Both the position numbers and the translations under genes were made by a program. A stretch of 64,000 bases of DNA from Mobula hypostoma (taxonomy: Eukaryota). Positions 25,420-37,960 of this stretch are shown here, in pieces. The number at the start of each line of letters is the position of its first letter. Positions within the stretch are counted from its first letter, which is position 1. Location: contig NC_086098.1 in NCBI RefSeq assembly GCF_963921235.1, positions 70,246,001-70,310,000 on the forward strand, written 5' to 3'. A model generated the notes under the pieces. That model did not search any database, had not been told where the DNA came from, and saw only the letters and a program-made list of their open reading frames with translations.

Positions 25420-25905
25420 AACCGCATTGTCCAGTTTCTCCACTTCCCCTCTTCTCTTTACATTTTTCTTCTCCACTCTTAGTCCTGATGCAGATTTTTT
25501 ATTTAGAGATACAGCATTGTACAGGCCCTTCTGACCCAATGAGTCACACCACCCAGCAGCCCACTGATTTAACCCTAGCCTAATCACGGGACAGTTTACA
25601 ATGACCAATTATTCTACTAACTCGTATGCTGGAAGGAACTGGAGCACCTGGAGGAAACAAGTGCTCATGGGAATGAAGTACAAATTTCTTTCAGACGGCG
25701 TTGGAATAGAACTCCAAATTCTGACACTCAAGCTTTAATATTTTCGCTCTAAATACCACTCTACTATGGCACCCTTGACACTGACATGGTTTTCGCCCAA
25801 AATATCAACAATTCCTTCACTTTACAGATATTTCCTAACCCACAGAGTTCTTCTGGCAAATTGTTTCTGGCTCCAGATCCATCATCTGCAGCCTCTTGTG
25901 TCTCC
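25420..25905 (+). mobile_element. Old PLE terminus split by a SINE at the HHR core
   Basis: TAGTCCTGATGCAG at 25480-25493 resumes near 25788 as GGTTTTCGCCCAAAATATC..., ends in tail CATCTGCAGCCTCTTGTGTCTCC. Confidence 0.65.
25495..25773 (-). mobile_element. tRNA-derived V-domain SINE (HE1-like), full length
   Basis: GGTGCCATAGTAG head, B-box-like GAGTTCTATTCC, TTCCTCCAGGTGCTCCAGTTCC core, CR1-like tail GAAGGGCCTGTACAATGCTGTATCTCTAAATAAAAAA. Confidence 0.85.
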
Positions 25906-26371
25906 TCGATACTTCACTCCTCTGCTTCTTACAGTCAAAATGGCCTTTTTGTGAAGGCATCAGACTGTTGGTGCTGTTTTAGTTAACGACCTTGGCTTTA
26001 GACTTAAATGCACCCTTTTTCTTGGCAATTAAATTAAATATTCCATTTTGTCATGTATGTTTACTATTACATTTGTTATAGTCACACCAATGTTCTTCAA
26101 GTTAGGTTTTGCAACACTACTCACGACTATATACTGCTAACATATTTGTCTCACTCATTGAATTTAATTGTTTTTCATTCCTCAGCATAACTTCCAGTAA
26201 CAAGGAAAACTTTGCATGCAAGCTCAAGTATTATATTCTGATTTAACTTTGAATTTGCTTTGAAATTAAACACTTGTGTGCAATGCACATACAATGAAGG
26301 AAAATAAATCCTGCAAAATAAATAGTGTATTTGCTGACTTCTGATTTCTAGTTTCCAACCTGTAGCTTTCT

Positions 26372-26545
26372 GGGTACCACAGCAGTGGTTAGCACAAAAC
26401 TATTAGAGCTTGGGGTGTCAGAGTTCAGAGTTCAATCATGGCATCCTCCATAAGGAGTTTGTGTACTCCCCATGGAACATGTGGGTTTCCTCTCACAGAG
26501 AGAAGGTGCACCAATTAGTAGGTTAATTGGTCATGGAAAAGTGTC
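26372..26545 (+). mobile_element. V-domain SINE, 3'-truncated
   Basis: GGGTACCACAGCAGTGGTTAGC head, GAGTTCAATC, GTGGGTTTCC, TAGTAGGTTAATTGGTCA. Confidence 0.75.
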
Positions 26546-26709
26546 CTCGTCTGGGGAGACCCAAGGCAGATTGCTTTGGACAAGATAGCCAGCCCGTTAG
26601 AAACTCTGACCTCAAGCTACTATTTTGACTCTCTCTCACTTTGACATCAACGTAACACAAGCACATAAGGGGTAAAGTAGGGATAACGCACATGATCCTT
26701 GTCTCACAT

Positions 26710-27190
26710 CGGGGATCAAGAACTAATGGACATAGGTTTAAGGTGAGAGGGAAAGGATTTAATAGGAACCTGAGGGGCAACTTTTTCATCCAGACAGTGC
26801 TCTCAGTACATGGAATTAGCTTGCAGAGGAAGTGATTAAGACATTTTTAATAAATATTAAGATATTTAAAATGTATTTGGACAGATACATGGGTAAGAAT
26901 AAGATCATAATATATAGGAACAGAATTAGACCATTTGGCCCATCCAGTCTGCTTCACCATTTCATCTTGGCTGATCCATTTTCCCCTTCAATCGCAGTCT
27001 CTTGCCTTCTCCCCATATCCCTTCACGTCCTAACCAATCAAGAATCCAACTATCTATCAAGGATAAGAAAGGTTTAGAGGGTTACAGGCCAAATGAAGGG
27101 AAAAGGGACAGTCTTGGTTGGGAATCTTGGTCAGCATGGATGCACTGTGCCAAATAGTCCATTTCTGTGCTGTATTACTGTATGACTCAA
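26710..27190 (+). mobile_element. CR1 3' end with an antisense CR1 tail inserted at about 26905-27055
   Basis: RTNGHRFKVRG..FNRNLRGNFF; inner segment is a reverse-complement CR1 tail. Confidence 0.75.
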
Positions 27191-27525
27191 ATTCTGGAGT
27201 TAAATCTGATCTTAGTAATGGCTTCCATGAAACAACAGGATTGCCATAACGGATTTACTATGTAAATATCCTTGTTGAGGAATGAGGGTCATTTGTGGAG
27301 GAGCAATTTGGAATCCACACCTGATATGATATTGTACGACTTCTATTTCAATAATGTGATGTCTCTTTAGTGTTGCCTGCAAAGGAGAAATAATAACTCA
27401 ACCTTCATCTCTCAATCGCAGAGCAGTTCTCTTCTCCCCTCCCTCCTTTCTTTGCATCATAAAACCTGCTTTTCTCCAACTTTTTCCAATTTTGTGAAAT
27501 GTCAATGACCTGAAAAGTCAACTGT

Positions 27526-27565
27526 GTTCTCTCTCTCTCCCTCCCTCCCTCCTCCCTCCCCCCCC
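27526..27565. repeat. (CT)n/(CCCT)n/poly-C low-complexity tract
   Basis: Directly visible. Confidence 0.8.
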
Positions 27566-28662
27566 GAAAAAAAATCTACTTGGCTTTTGGCTTTCTGGGC
27601 ATTTCTGTTCCCCAACCCCAGTCAATTGTTCAGAATTCTGTTATATTGATTTGTATTAATCAATGGATGGTTAGAGATGTATGCATCAGTTTGAACAATT
27701 TTCTTCTCTCCCACTATCATTACAATCAAATGAATTTAAAAAGAATTGTTGGAAGCCTTATTAAAAATGCATTGAAAATAATATCTATCCAGGACATCAC
27801 TTCCATCCTGCTAGTTCACATTGGCTTGGTTTCTATCCATTTTTGTTTCCATTCAGAATACCTACTGATGTATTCTGCCTGCTGTGATCTGAAGGTTCAT
27901 TCACAACAGCATCATGGCCTTTACGTTCACCTCAGATTATTCTGCAGCAAGAGCTGAACTGCAACTTCAAATTTTATTATGATTTTACTAAAAATCAGCC
28001 AGAGCAAAAATTTTGGGGCAATATTTTGAAATTACCACAACATTCCTACAATGAATCTATTATTAGATTGGATTAAAAAGTTTAAGAGTAATTATAAAAA
28101 TCTTCTGTATTATTTGCTAAACTTTGCAGTACAATTACTGACATGAAGTGTTTGGTATATGTTAAACATGCAATACACCTGCATTATAAACACTATTTCA
28201 CTCAACTACTTTGGAAACAATTTGGCTAACTGAATCAACAGTAAATCGTTCTTTTCTATCCACTGGGGAAAATAAATCTCCAGGGCTATTCCTTTACTGC
28301 ATTATTGTCATCATTGCTTCTGGCTTCATTGCTTTCACTGACTGGAGTGTTGAATATTAAAGTAGGGAAGTTATATTACTGTTGTATAAAATCTTGGTTA
28401 GGCTGCATATGGAGTATTCTGTGCATTTCTGGTTAAAACTTTACGGGATGGACGTAGAGGCATTGAAGAAAGTACAGAAGAGATTCACCAGATTTTGCTT
28501 GGATTAGAAAAGGATAGCTATAAGGAAAGGTTGGAGAAAATTGGATTGTATTCTCTGGAGCATTGGGAACTCAAGGGCAACCTGACAGGAGGACATGAAA
28601 TAGGATAGATACTGTCTTTTCCTCTGATAGAAGTGTCAAATAGAGAGAGCATAGCTTTAAGT

Positions 28663-28965
28663 GGGTGCCACAGTAACGTAGTGGTTAGTGCAACTGTATT
28701 ACAGGTTGGGGCATTCCACAGTTCAGAGCTGAAGTTTGGCACCGTTCGGCAAGGAGTCTCTGTTTGTCATCCCTATGGAATGCATGGGTACTCTCCAGGT
28801 CCTTTGATTTCCTCTCACAGTTCAAAGACATACTGAGTAGGTTAATTAGTCATTGTCAATTGTTCCATGATTAGGTTACAGTTAATCAGTTTTGTCAGAG
28901 GTTGTTGGAGTGCTGTGGATTGAAGAGCCTACCCTGCGCTCTATCATTAAACAAAGTTAAAAAAA
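28663..28965 (+). mobile_element. V-domain SINE (HE1-like), full length
   Basis: GGGTGCCACAGTAACGTAGTGGTTAG head, V-core, A-rich end. Confidence 0.85.
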
Positions 28966-28999
28966 AGATAGAGTGCGAGATGAAAAGTTTAGAGGAGAC

Positions 29000-29752
29000 T
29001 TCAAGATTCAAAGATTCAAAAAAACTTTATTGTCATTCTAACCGTACATCAGCTCTGCAGGGCAGAATGAGACAGCGTTTCTCAGGAGCAGTGCAATCAT
29101 AACATAACAAATGCAACACTAAATAATAAACATAACAATAAATAGTAAAACACAACAGCCACATGTCAGTTAAAATCAGTTATAAGTGTCCAGTGCAAGT
29201 TAAAAGTGTCCAAAGCAGGGTCAGGTAGAGCAGCTATTTAGCAGTCTGACTGCCTGTGGGAGGAAGCTGTTTAGTAGCCTTGTGGTTTTAGTTTTGATGC
29301 TCCTGTAATATTTGCCTGATGGCAGAAGAACAAACAGTTCGTGGAGAGGGTGTGAGGGGTCTTTAATGATGTACTGTGTCTTCTGGAGGCATCGACTCTG
29401 AAAGAGGTCTTGGACAGAAAGTAGGGAGACCCCAAGAACCTTCTCTGCTCCCCTAACCACTCTCTGCAAGGCTTTTTTGTCAACAGCACTGCAGCTGGAA
29501 TACCAGGTTGTGATGCAAAAGGTCAGCACACTCTCAACCATGCCTCTGTAGAATGTAGTTAAGATGTTAGTGGGGGGTGATGCTTGTTTAAGCTTCCTCA
29601 GAAAGTACAATCTCTGCTGGGCCCGTTTCACAATCCCAGTGGTGTTCCTGGACCAGGTGAGATTGTCCGAGATCTGCACCCCAAGGAACTTGATGTTTTC
29701 TACTCTCTCCACTGTGGAGCTGCTGATGCTGAGGGGTGTGTGCTCAGGCTGA
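29000..29752 (-). mobile_element. Young Rex1/Babar 3' fragment with uninterrupted 163-codon ORF
   Basis: ORF 29221-29712 FLGVQISDNLTWS...KRAQQRLYFLRKL...SFLPQAVRLLN; (TCTTTGAA)n tail. Confidence 0.92.
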
Positions 29753-31134
29753 GACCGTCTGAAATCTTGAGTGTTTAAGTGGTAGGTGCCTGAAACACAC
29801 TGCCAGATGAGGTGGTAGAAGCAGATGTGATAGCATCATTAAGGGGCACTTAAACAGGTGCATGAAAGGTATGTAATAAAGGGATATCAGCCTTGTGCAG
29901 GCAGCTGTGAGTAGTAGAATTTGATATCACACTCAGAACCAGCAGTGTAGTTTGAAGAGTCTTTTCTCATCCTATGGCCTTCTCTGTATTATTGCCACTA
30001 TTTTAATGTGACTGCACATGGTGTCTATTTGTGTGCACATTGTTGTCTGGAATAATGCTCCTCTAAACCTTCTGTGAAGAGAAGATCACTTTTGAATATT
30101 TTTTCAAAAATAATCACACAACATAAACTATCTTCAATGCATTGATAACCCTTTCAATTGATAGGCCGATTGAAAATGTGGCCTCGCCTATCAGTAGTTC
30201 AAGGTGTAAAATACGATATAGCAGTTCATTTATCCTACTAACAGCTGATCTGCTGCATACTTCCTGTGTTCATAATCAATCCTGACTACTTAAAATTGCA
30301 ACTATACAACCTCCAGATATGAAAATTAACAAATACTATCCAAGTAGTGACAAAAAGAAAGAGATATCAATGGTATTCGTCTGCTAAAACATTTATCATT
30401 CTCTTTGTGTATAAAATCATGATTTGAAGGACATAAACAATAAATTGGGTCTTTCAAATCATGGTTTTATACACAACTTATTGTTTATGTCTTGGAAATG
30501 CACAGAAAAAAAAAAATATATATATATAAAATCACACAGACAAAAAAAAACACTTACGGTTGTTCTATCAGCCTTCCCTTCCTTGATCTCTCATCAATTA
30601 CCCTCATGTCCGAATCTCTCCTCCTTTAATGTCTCCCCCGCCAGCTTCTCTCCTACCTTATCTTTACTTCACATATTGCTTCCAAACTCCTTGCATTAGT
30701 TCCCCACATCTCATAATCTGCTTCTCTCCTCCTTATGCATCTTCACTCCTTCCACTTCACCACATCCACATAGTCTTCATTCTTCACTCACACTCCATTA
30801 ATCCTTGCACTATTGAGTAGGGCTTCCTCAGCAACAGTCTGGGCACAAGGCAGGGTGGCAATGGCTTCATGATATCAGGCCTAATAATAATGCCTTTACA
30901 TTCGAGTTAGTTTCCATGAAGTAGAGCCTGTCTTTAGCTGGCTTGTTCCCCTTTATGACTGGATCAAGACCTGAAGCTACACACGACCCACCCCATAGAC
31001 GGGACAATATCCACTCCAAGTAAAAAGAGATCACACACAGGAAGTATCTACTCCTCAATAAGAGATTCAGCAGTTGGATTGCTAGAATGTATATGGATTA
31101 CTTCAAAAGTAATTCTCCTGAATGTTCCTTCATC

Positions 31135-33570
31135 TTCCCCTGGGAACTTGGACACCTTGATATTGACATCACCATCCTGTTCAATATGATGGGCAGGAGA
31201 TGGCCAGATCAAAGGCCAGGCATCAGGTACACATACTTAGAGGGAACAAATAGCGAGACAAATGTCATGTCCATAGGATTGGCTTTGCTATCAAAAATGA
31301 AATATTCTGATATCTCAGTAACTTCTATTAGGTAAGTGAATGATTCATGACTGTCCAACTCAGTCTAACATTACCAATGTCAGCGAGGAGGGATAGGGGC
31401 CTAAAAACTCACAGTCAACATTTTTAGGGGAATTTGCTTTTCCCACCTGCCATCAGATTTCTGAATGGTCCCTGAGCCCAACCAAGCTATTTATTTTAAT
31501 TGCAATTTCCAGTAATTTTTTATGTTTTGCACTGCACTAATGTCACAGAACAACTATCCCGCCATAGCTCATTGATAATATACCCAATTCTGATCATGGA
31601 ACCAACTCACTCTGCCTAATAGTACACATATCCCATTTCTGCAGGTTAGAGCTGAGGCTAATCGGGGTTTCCACTCTATCTTGGAAAACCAACCCAGAAC
31701 AAAACTGTACAATCCTCCAGCAAAGCAAGGAAAGCCAATTCCAACATGGCTCTCCTGACAAAATACTTGAAACGCACCATAACTGATACCCTATTGTGAG
31801 AGCGTAAAAGATAGATCTCATGGTAACACCTTCAATCTAGACTGTGGCATCCATTAAGTTAAATCATTAGAAATCATAGAAACTACAGCACAGAAACAAG
31901 CCTTTTGGCCCTTCTTGGCTGTGCCGAACCATTTTCTGCCTAGTCCCACTGACCTGCATACGGACCATATCCCTCCATACACCTCCCATCCATGTATCTG
32001 TCCAATTTATTCTTAAATGTTAAAAAAGAACCCGCATTTACCCACCTCGTCTGGCAGCTCATTCCATACTCCCACCACTCTCTGTGTGAAGAAGCCCCCC
32101 ACTAATGTTCCCTTTAAACTCCCCACCCCCCACCCTTAACCCATGTTCTCTGTTTTTTTTCTCCCCTTGCCTCAGTGGAAAAAGCCTGCTTGCATTCACT
32201 GTATTAATACCTATCATAATTTTATATACCTCTATCAAATCTCCCCTCATTCTTCTACGCTTCAGGGAATAAAGTCCTAACCTATTCAACCTTTCTCTGT
32301 AACTGAGTTTCTCAAGTCCCGGCAACATCCTTGTAAACCTTCTCTGCACTCTTTCAACCTTATTTATATCCTTCCTGTAATTTGGTGACCAAAACTGAAC
32401 ACAATACTCCAGATTCGGCCTCACCAATGCCTTATACAACCTCATCATAACATTCCAGCTCTTATACTCAATACTTCGATTAATAAAGGCCAATGTACCA
32501 AAACCTCTCTTTATGACCCTATCTACCTGTGACGCCACTTTCAGGGAATTTTGTATCTGTATTCCCAGATCCCTCTGTTCCACTGCACTCCTCAGTGCCT
32601 AACCATTAACCCCGTATGTTCTACCTTGGTTTGTCCTTCCAACATGCAATACCTCACACTTGTCTGTATTAAACTCCATCTGCCATTTTTCAGCCCATTT
32701 TTCCAGCTGGTCCAAGTCCCTCTGCAGGCTCTGAAAACCTTCCTCACCGTCTACTACACCTCCAATCTTTGTATCACCAGCAAATTTGCTGATCCAATTT
32801 ACCACATTATCATCCAGATCATTGATATCGATGACAAATAACAATGGACCCAGCACTGATCCCTGTGGCACACCACTAGTCACAGGCCTCCACATGGAGA
32901 AGCAATCCTCTACTCCCAAAAGAGATCAAAAGGAGGTCACAAGACTTAGTCAATTGCCCACGCCATGACAGGGATTGTTCACTGTCAGAATGATTATCAC
33001 TAAACTGGACTTCATTTACGTCAGCCTAGCCCCTAAGCTAATAGTGTTGAAGGCCTCAACCTCTGCAAAAACAACACTTCACACAACCTTGCAGATACTG
33101 GTGACCTACAAACATATCATCGTTGATAACATCATCATCATTTGATTTTGTTCCCCAGCTAATCACCAGGGTCAGCCTCACCAGCTTCTGATTTGGTTAG
33201 ATGAATATCTGGTACATTAACAACATTTAAAAGGAACTTGGACAGGTACATGAATAGGAAAGGATTGGAGGCATATGGACAAATGCAGGAAGATGGGACT
33301 GGTTTAGATTACAGTGTTGGTTGGACCATGCTGTATGACTCCATATGTATGACAAAATAAGGAACTACCATTCAAGACGGCAGTGAAAATATCAGGTCCA
33401 TTCATCAGCCATATTCAAACAGCAGAATAACCGCAGCACCTCTCAAATACCCAACCTGCCTGCACCACAATTACCTTCTTCCCATGTATGGCATACTTCA
33501 GTGGTACGAGAGTGGTCTCAAAGACCTACAGTAGAAACACATCCCTCTCAATACTGAGGAACTAAGGACG
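31135..33570 (+). mobile_element. Very old RTE-type LINE remnant, fragmented by Rex and CR1 insertions
   Basis: ELGHLDIDIT, RYTY, IGFAIKN and E.FMTVQL resemble the RTE APE N-terminus (31135-31385); later pieces are only weakly recognisable. Confidence 0.45.
31865..32912 (-). mobile_element. CR1 LINE, 5'-truncated, relatively young
   Basis: GVPQGSVLGP, FAGDTK, LYKALVRPNLEYCVQFWSP in long ORFs; tail at 31865. Confidence 0.93.
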
Positions 33571-35915
33571 TGGTCATTGTTGGGCATTTTAGTAATATTT
33601 TAGTACTGTAAATATAATGTTTCATTAAACATTCTTTGTCCATTTAAGTAATTCATTACAGGTTATATGTAAAAAGTACATGAATACCATATGCCATTAC
33701 ACCAGCACATGATACATTCCTCACTGAAACAAAATTAAGACACTGAACAAATTGAGCACTATTTTAAAGCAAATGAGAAATTAGTCAGCTTTCTGAGTGC
33801 ACTGTATGGAAAAGTATGCAGTTTGATTAGAAGTTTGACTGCCCCAATTAAGCCAGCCAAAATAATCTTTGCTGACATCATGAAAGTAATGCGGTAAAAC
33901 TTAGAACTGAGACCATTGTGCAACTTGGCTAGAGATTCATCCACAATTTGCGTGCCTCAATTCCCTGCAATAGAGTCAGCTGAAAGTGAATTAAGAAAGA
34001 TGCTGGATGATACCACAGAAGTGTTCAACAATGGCATTTGAAAACTCAATCGGGGTAAAATAGTGGTAAATGAAAATGTCACATTCAACTTCTGCAAAGC
34101 CTGTCTGGTTCCTTACACCACCCAGGATAAGGTAATCAGTGAGCTAGATCACGTTGAGGCTTTAGGTTTGAGTGAAGCACCGCAACACCAGTGGTCCCTT
34201 AGCAATGAAGAATTTGCTGTCAGGGTCAGTGGTGATTTTAAATTTACTATCAACCCAGTACTGAAAGTAGATCAATACCCTCTGCACAGGATGGAGGAGC
34301 TCTTTGTAAACCTATCTGGAGGTAAACACTTCAGCAAAGTGGTCCAAAGTGTTTCTCACCATAGACAATCACAAATGGTTTGATCACTATAACAGGCTTA
34401 TTTTTGGAGCAGCATATGCATCTGCACTGTGGCAGAAAACTATGGACCAGGTACAACAAGGCTGCCCAGGCACTCTGTGTTACGTAGATTACATCATTGA
34501 GGATGACAGACACATCTCCAAAATATCAAGATAGTGCTAAAAAGACAAGATTATGTAACAAGTGTAAATTCTTTAAACCATGCATCACTTACTGTAGTCA
34601 TACCATAGATGTGCAAGAATTTATGCAAGAGTACTGAGAAAATTCAAGCAGTTGTGGAGTCCTGAGGCCAAAGGACTTCTCATAGTTGCTGGCCTTTTTA
34701 GATTAGGCAATTACTGTTACAGGTTCCTGGTTACCGTGATCCACCCAACGGAAATCATTACTACCGACCCAGAAGAAATGGCAATGGAGAAAGCAGTGCG
34801 AGATGGCTTTCAGAAAGGCAATTTAAATTGTGACAGCAGACACTGTACTCACATTATTATCCACATCGTTCAGTGAAGCTTGCCTCTGATGCCTTGCCTT
34901 ATGTTATAGGTGGAGACATGTCACAAGTAATGGAATTAAGCACCACATTGCCTTTGCATCACTTGCAGAGAAAAATTACACAGAGTCTGGTTTGTGGTGC
35001 AAAACATTTCAAGTAGTACTTGGTTGTGAGAGATTTTACCCCCATTACTAATTATCAACCACTCTTATCCATTTTCAATCCATGGAAGGGTGGATCACTA
35101 ACAGTCGCAGCACAAATGTAGAGATGGGCTCTTTTTCCTCAGAAGACACTATTACAAGATCAAATTCGAGAAGACAACTCATTATGGACATGCCAATGGA
35201 TTGTTCCTTTTATCCTTAGAAAGGAAATAGCTGAAAATTTACAAAAGAGGACACTCCTCGATGTATTCTCTTTAACACAAATCAAGAGCTTCCCAAATAC
35301 ATCAGTGTTAATCCAAATGAAAACCAGAAAAGACCCCATACACATTCTCAGGTGAACATGGCAACCCAAACTGGCTGGAACATACAGTACAAACTCCAGT
35401 TCCCCCATTTTTACCAGAACCAGGATGAACTTGCTCCTGAAAGACTTTGCCTTCTGTGGGGATTGAGAGTTGTTGTATCACCAAGCCGAGAGCAGAAGGG
35501 TTGGAGGAGGTACATGCTGGTCATCTAGTTGTGGTCAAAATGAAATTATTGGTGCAAAGCTTTGTCTGCTGGCCTGGGATACATCACTAGATCGAGCAGC
35601 TTTCTATTAACTAATTGGGTTGAGAATATGTCTGGAAGAAAGGTGTCCAGAGCTGTCAGACCATTTCCTGCATTCCCAGAGTCAGCTTCTGCAATCGTTA
35701 CAGAGGAGGCCCAAGAACCTGAGATTACTTCACAATCACAAGTCTCAACTGTTAAGTAAGCCTGCAACCCTCCCAACCATCAGGAAAGACATCATCCACA
35801 AGAGAAAGAAATCTTCCAAATGATTAATTTTTCAGGTCCGAATAGGACAATTTAAACTTTACTATGCTGTGAATGTCTATATAGTAGTTGTATTATATAG
35901 AATACCATGTTTACA

Positions 35916-37511
35916 CAGTACCTATAAAAAGTATTCAACCCCCTTGGAAGTTTTATTTTTTTCTTGTTCTACAACATTGAATCAGAGTGGATTTAATTCA
36001 TTTTTTTTACACTGATCAATAGAAAAGACTCTTCCATGTCAAAGTGAAAACAAATGTCTACAAAGTGATCTAAATTTATTACAAACATTAAACATAAAAT
36101 AATAGATTGCTTAATTACTCACCCAGTCAAGTCAGTATTTAGTAGATACACCTTTGGCAGCAATTACAGCCTTGAGTCTGTGTGGCTAGGTCTCTATCAG
36201 CTTTGCACATCTGGACATTGCAATTTTTCCCCATTCTTCTTTACAAAACTGCCTAAGCTCTGGCAGATTGTATGGAGATCATGAGTGAACAGCCCTTTTC
36301 AAGTCTAGCCACAAATTCTCAATTGGATGGAGGTCTGGACTTAGACTTGGCCACTCCAGGACATTAACTTTGTTGTTTTTAATCCATTCCTGTGTAGCTT
36401 TAGCTTTATACCTGGGATTATTGTTTTGCTGAAAAGCAATCTTCTCCCTTGTCCCAGTTCTCTTATAGATGGCATCAAGTTTTCCTCCGGGATCTCCTTG
36501 TACTTTGCTGGACTCATTTTACCCTCTACCTTCACAAGCCTTCCAGGGCCTGCTGCAATGAAGCATCTCCAAAGGACAATGCAGCCACCACCATGTTTCA
36601 CAGTAAGGATGATGTGCAGTGTTTGGTTTATGCCAAATATAATGTTTAGTCTGATAGCCAAAAAGCTCAATATTGGTTTCATCAGACCATTGACCCTTCT
36701 TCCAATTGACTTCAGGTTCTCCCACAAGCCTTCTAGCAAAGTACAGTTGAGATTTACCGTGAGTTTTTATTTCTAATAGTGGCTTTCTTTTTGCCACTCT
36801 CCAAAAAAGCTGTGACTGGTGAAGCACCCAGGCAACAGTTGTTTTATGCACATTCTTTCCCCTCTCAGCTACTGGAGCTTGTAACTCCTCCCGAGCTGTC
36901 ATAGGTCTCTTGGTGACCGCCCTCACTAGTCCCCTCCTTGTACAGTCACTCAGTTCTTGATAACCTGCTATAGGTAGATTTACAGCTGTGCCATATTCTT
37001 TCCATTTCTTGTACTCTAAGGGATATTCAGTGACTTGGAAATTTTCTTGTATCCATCTTCCAACTTGTGCTTTTCAATAACCTTTTTGTGGAGTTACTTG
37101 TAGTATTCTTTCATCCTTATGATGTAGCTTTTGTCAGGACACTGACTCACCAACAGTTGGACCTTCTAACTACAGGTATATTTTTAATACAATCAATTGC
37201 AACACCTTGACTGCACACAGGTGATGTCTATTTAACTAATTATGTGTCTTCTAAAACCAATTAGCTGCATCAGTGATGATTTGATGTGTCATGTTAAAGG
37301 GGGTGAATACTTGTGGAATCAATTATTTTGTGTTTTATATTTGTAATTAATTTAGATCATTTTATAGAGATGTTTTCACTTTGACACAGAAGCATTTTTT
37401 TTTCTGTTAATCAGTGTCAAAAAGCCAAATTAAATCCACCATGATTCAATGTTGTAAAACAATAAAACATGAAAACATCCAAGGGTGGGTGAATACATTT
37501 TATAGGCACTG
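35916..37511 (-). mobile_element. Tc1/mariner DNA transposon with long IR/DR-type inverted repeats
   Basis: CAGTACCTATAAAAAGTATTCA...TGAATACATTTTATAGGCACTG; about 210 bp inverted repeats with inner and outer GTATTCACCC-like direct repeats; TA on the right, CA (probably mutated TA) on the left. Confidence 0.93.
36132..37120 (-). pseudogene. Tc1 transposase, frameshifted
   Basis: [46 protein letters not shown]-terminus AAKGVSTKY*. Confidence 0.9.
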
Positions 37512-37824
37512 TAGTTGAAATGCATTCTATACTGAGTTGGAGTTTATTGCTAAGCAGGGTGGAATGCATACTTAATATATCAGTAATATTTGAACAATAT
37601 TGTAAATACTGTATATTGTATGATTAAACATTCTTTGTTTAAATAATTCTTTATGGGTTATTTGTAATATTACGTAAATGGTCATTACGCCACCACATTG
37701 TATTTGCAAGTACCTCAATAAAAGTAAAACAAAACTAAAACATGTTATTCCTGGCTCTGTGTTTTTCTTTCAATTAGTTTTATATTTTGGAGTTACAAAA
37801 CATCATAGTCATCCATTAAATATT

Positions 37825-37960
37825 CACAAACAAGAGAAAATTTGCAGATGCTGGAAATCCAAACAACACACTCAAAAGGCTGGGGGAACTCAGCAGGCCA
37901 GGCAGCATCTATGGAAAAAAAATGTAGTCGATGTTTCAGGCCAAGACTCATCAGCAGGAC
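37825..37960 (-). mobile_element. PLE tailed terminus fragment with variant HHR (CUGCUGA)
   Basis: Homologous to 745-881; tail CAAGAGAAAATTTGCAGATGCTGGAAAT. Confidence 0.8.

Larger units (their letters stand above)
28330..29990 (+). mobile_element. Old CR1 3' fragment split by a SINE and a Rex element
   Basis: LYKILVRLHMEYSVHFW...ERLEKIGLYSLE; continues at 28970-28999 and 29765-29990. Confidence 0.7.
33578..37806 (+). mobile_element. Gypsy (Mag-like) LTR retrotransposon, internally deleted, with Tc1 nested upstream of the polypurine tract
   Basis: 5' LTR about 33578-33745 resembles 3' LTR about 37564-37806 (AGTAATATTT..ATTAAACATTCTTTG); gag EHYFKANE..RSLTAPIKPA; RT GDFKFTINPVLKVDQYPL and YVDYII; RNase H ASDA..Y.IG; integrase Zn-binding HAGHLVVVKMK. 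Confidence 0.85.

Noticed and set aside
27460-27525. Highly degenerate HHR-like remnant of another PLE terminus
   Set aside because: Core too decayed (TTGTGAAATG...GAAAAGTC) to call a ribozyme
28663-28745. tRNA-like sequence with A/B-box features
   Set aside because: SINE head, not a tRNA gene; no intact cloverleaf
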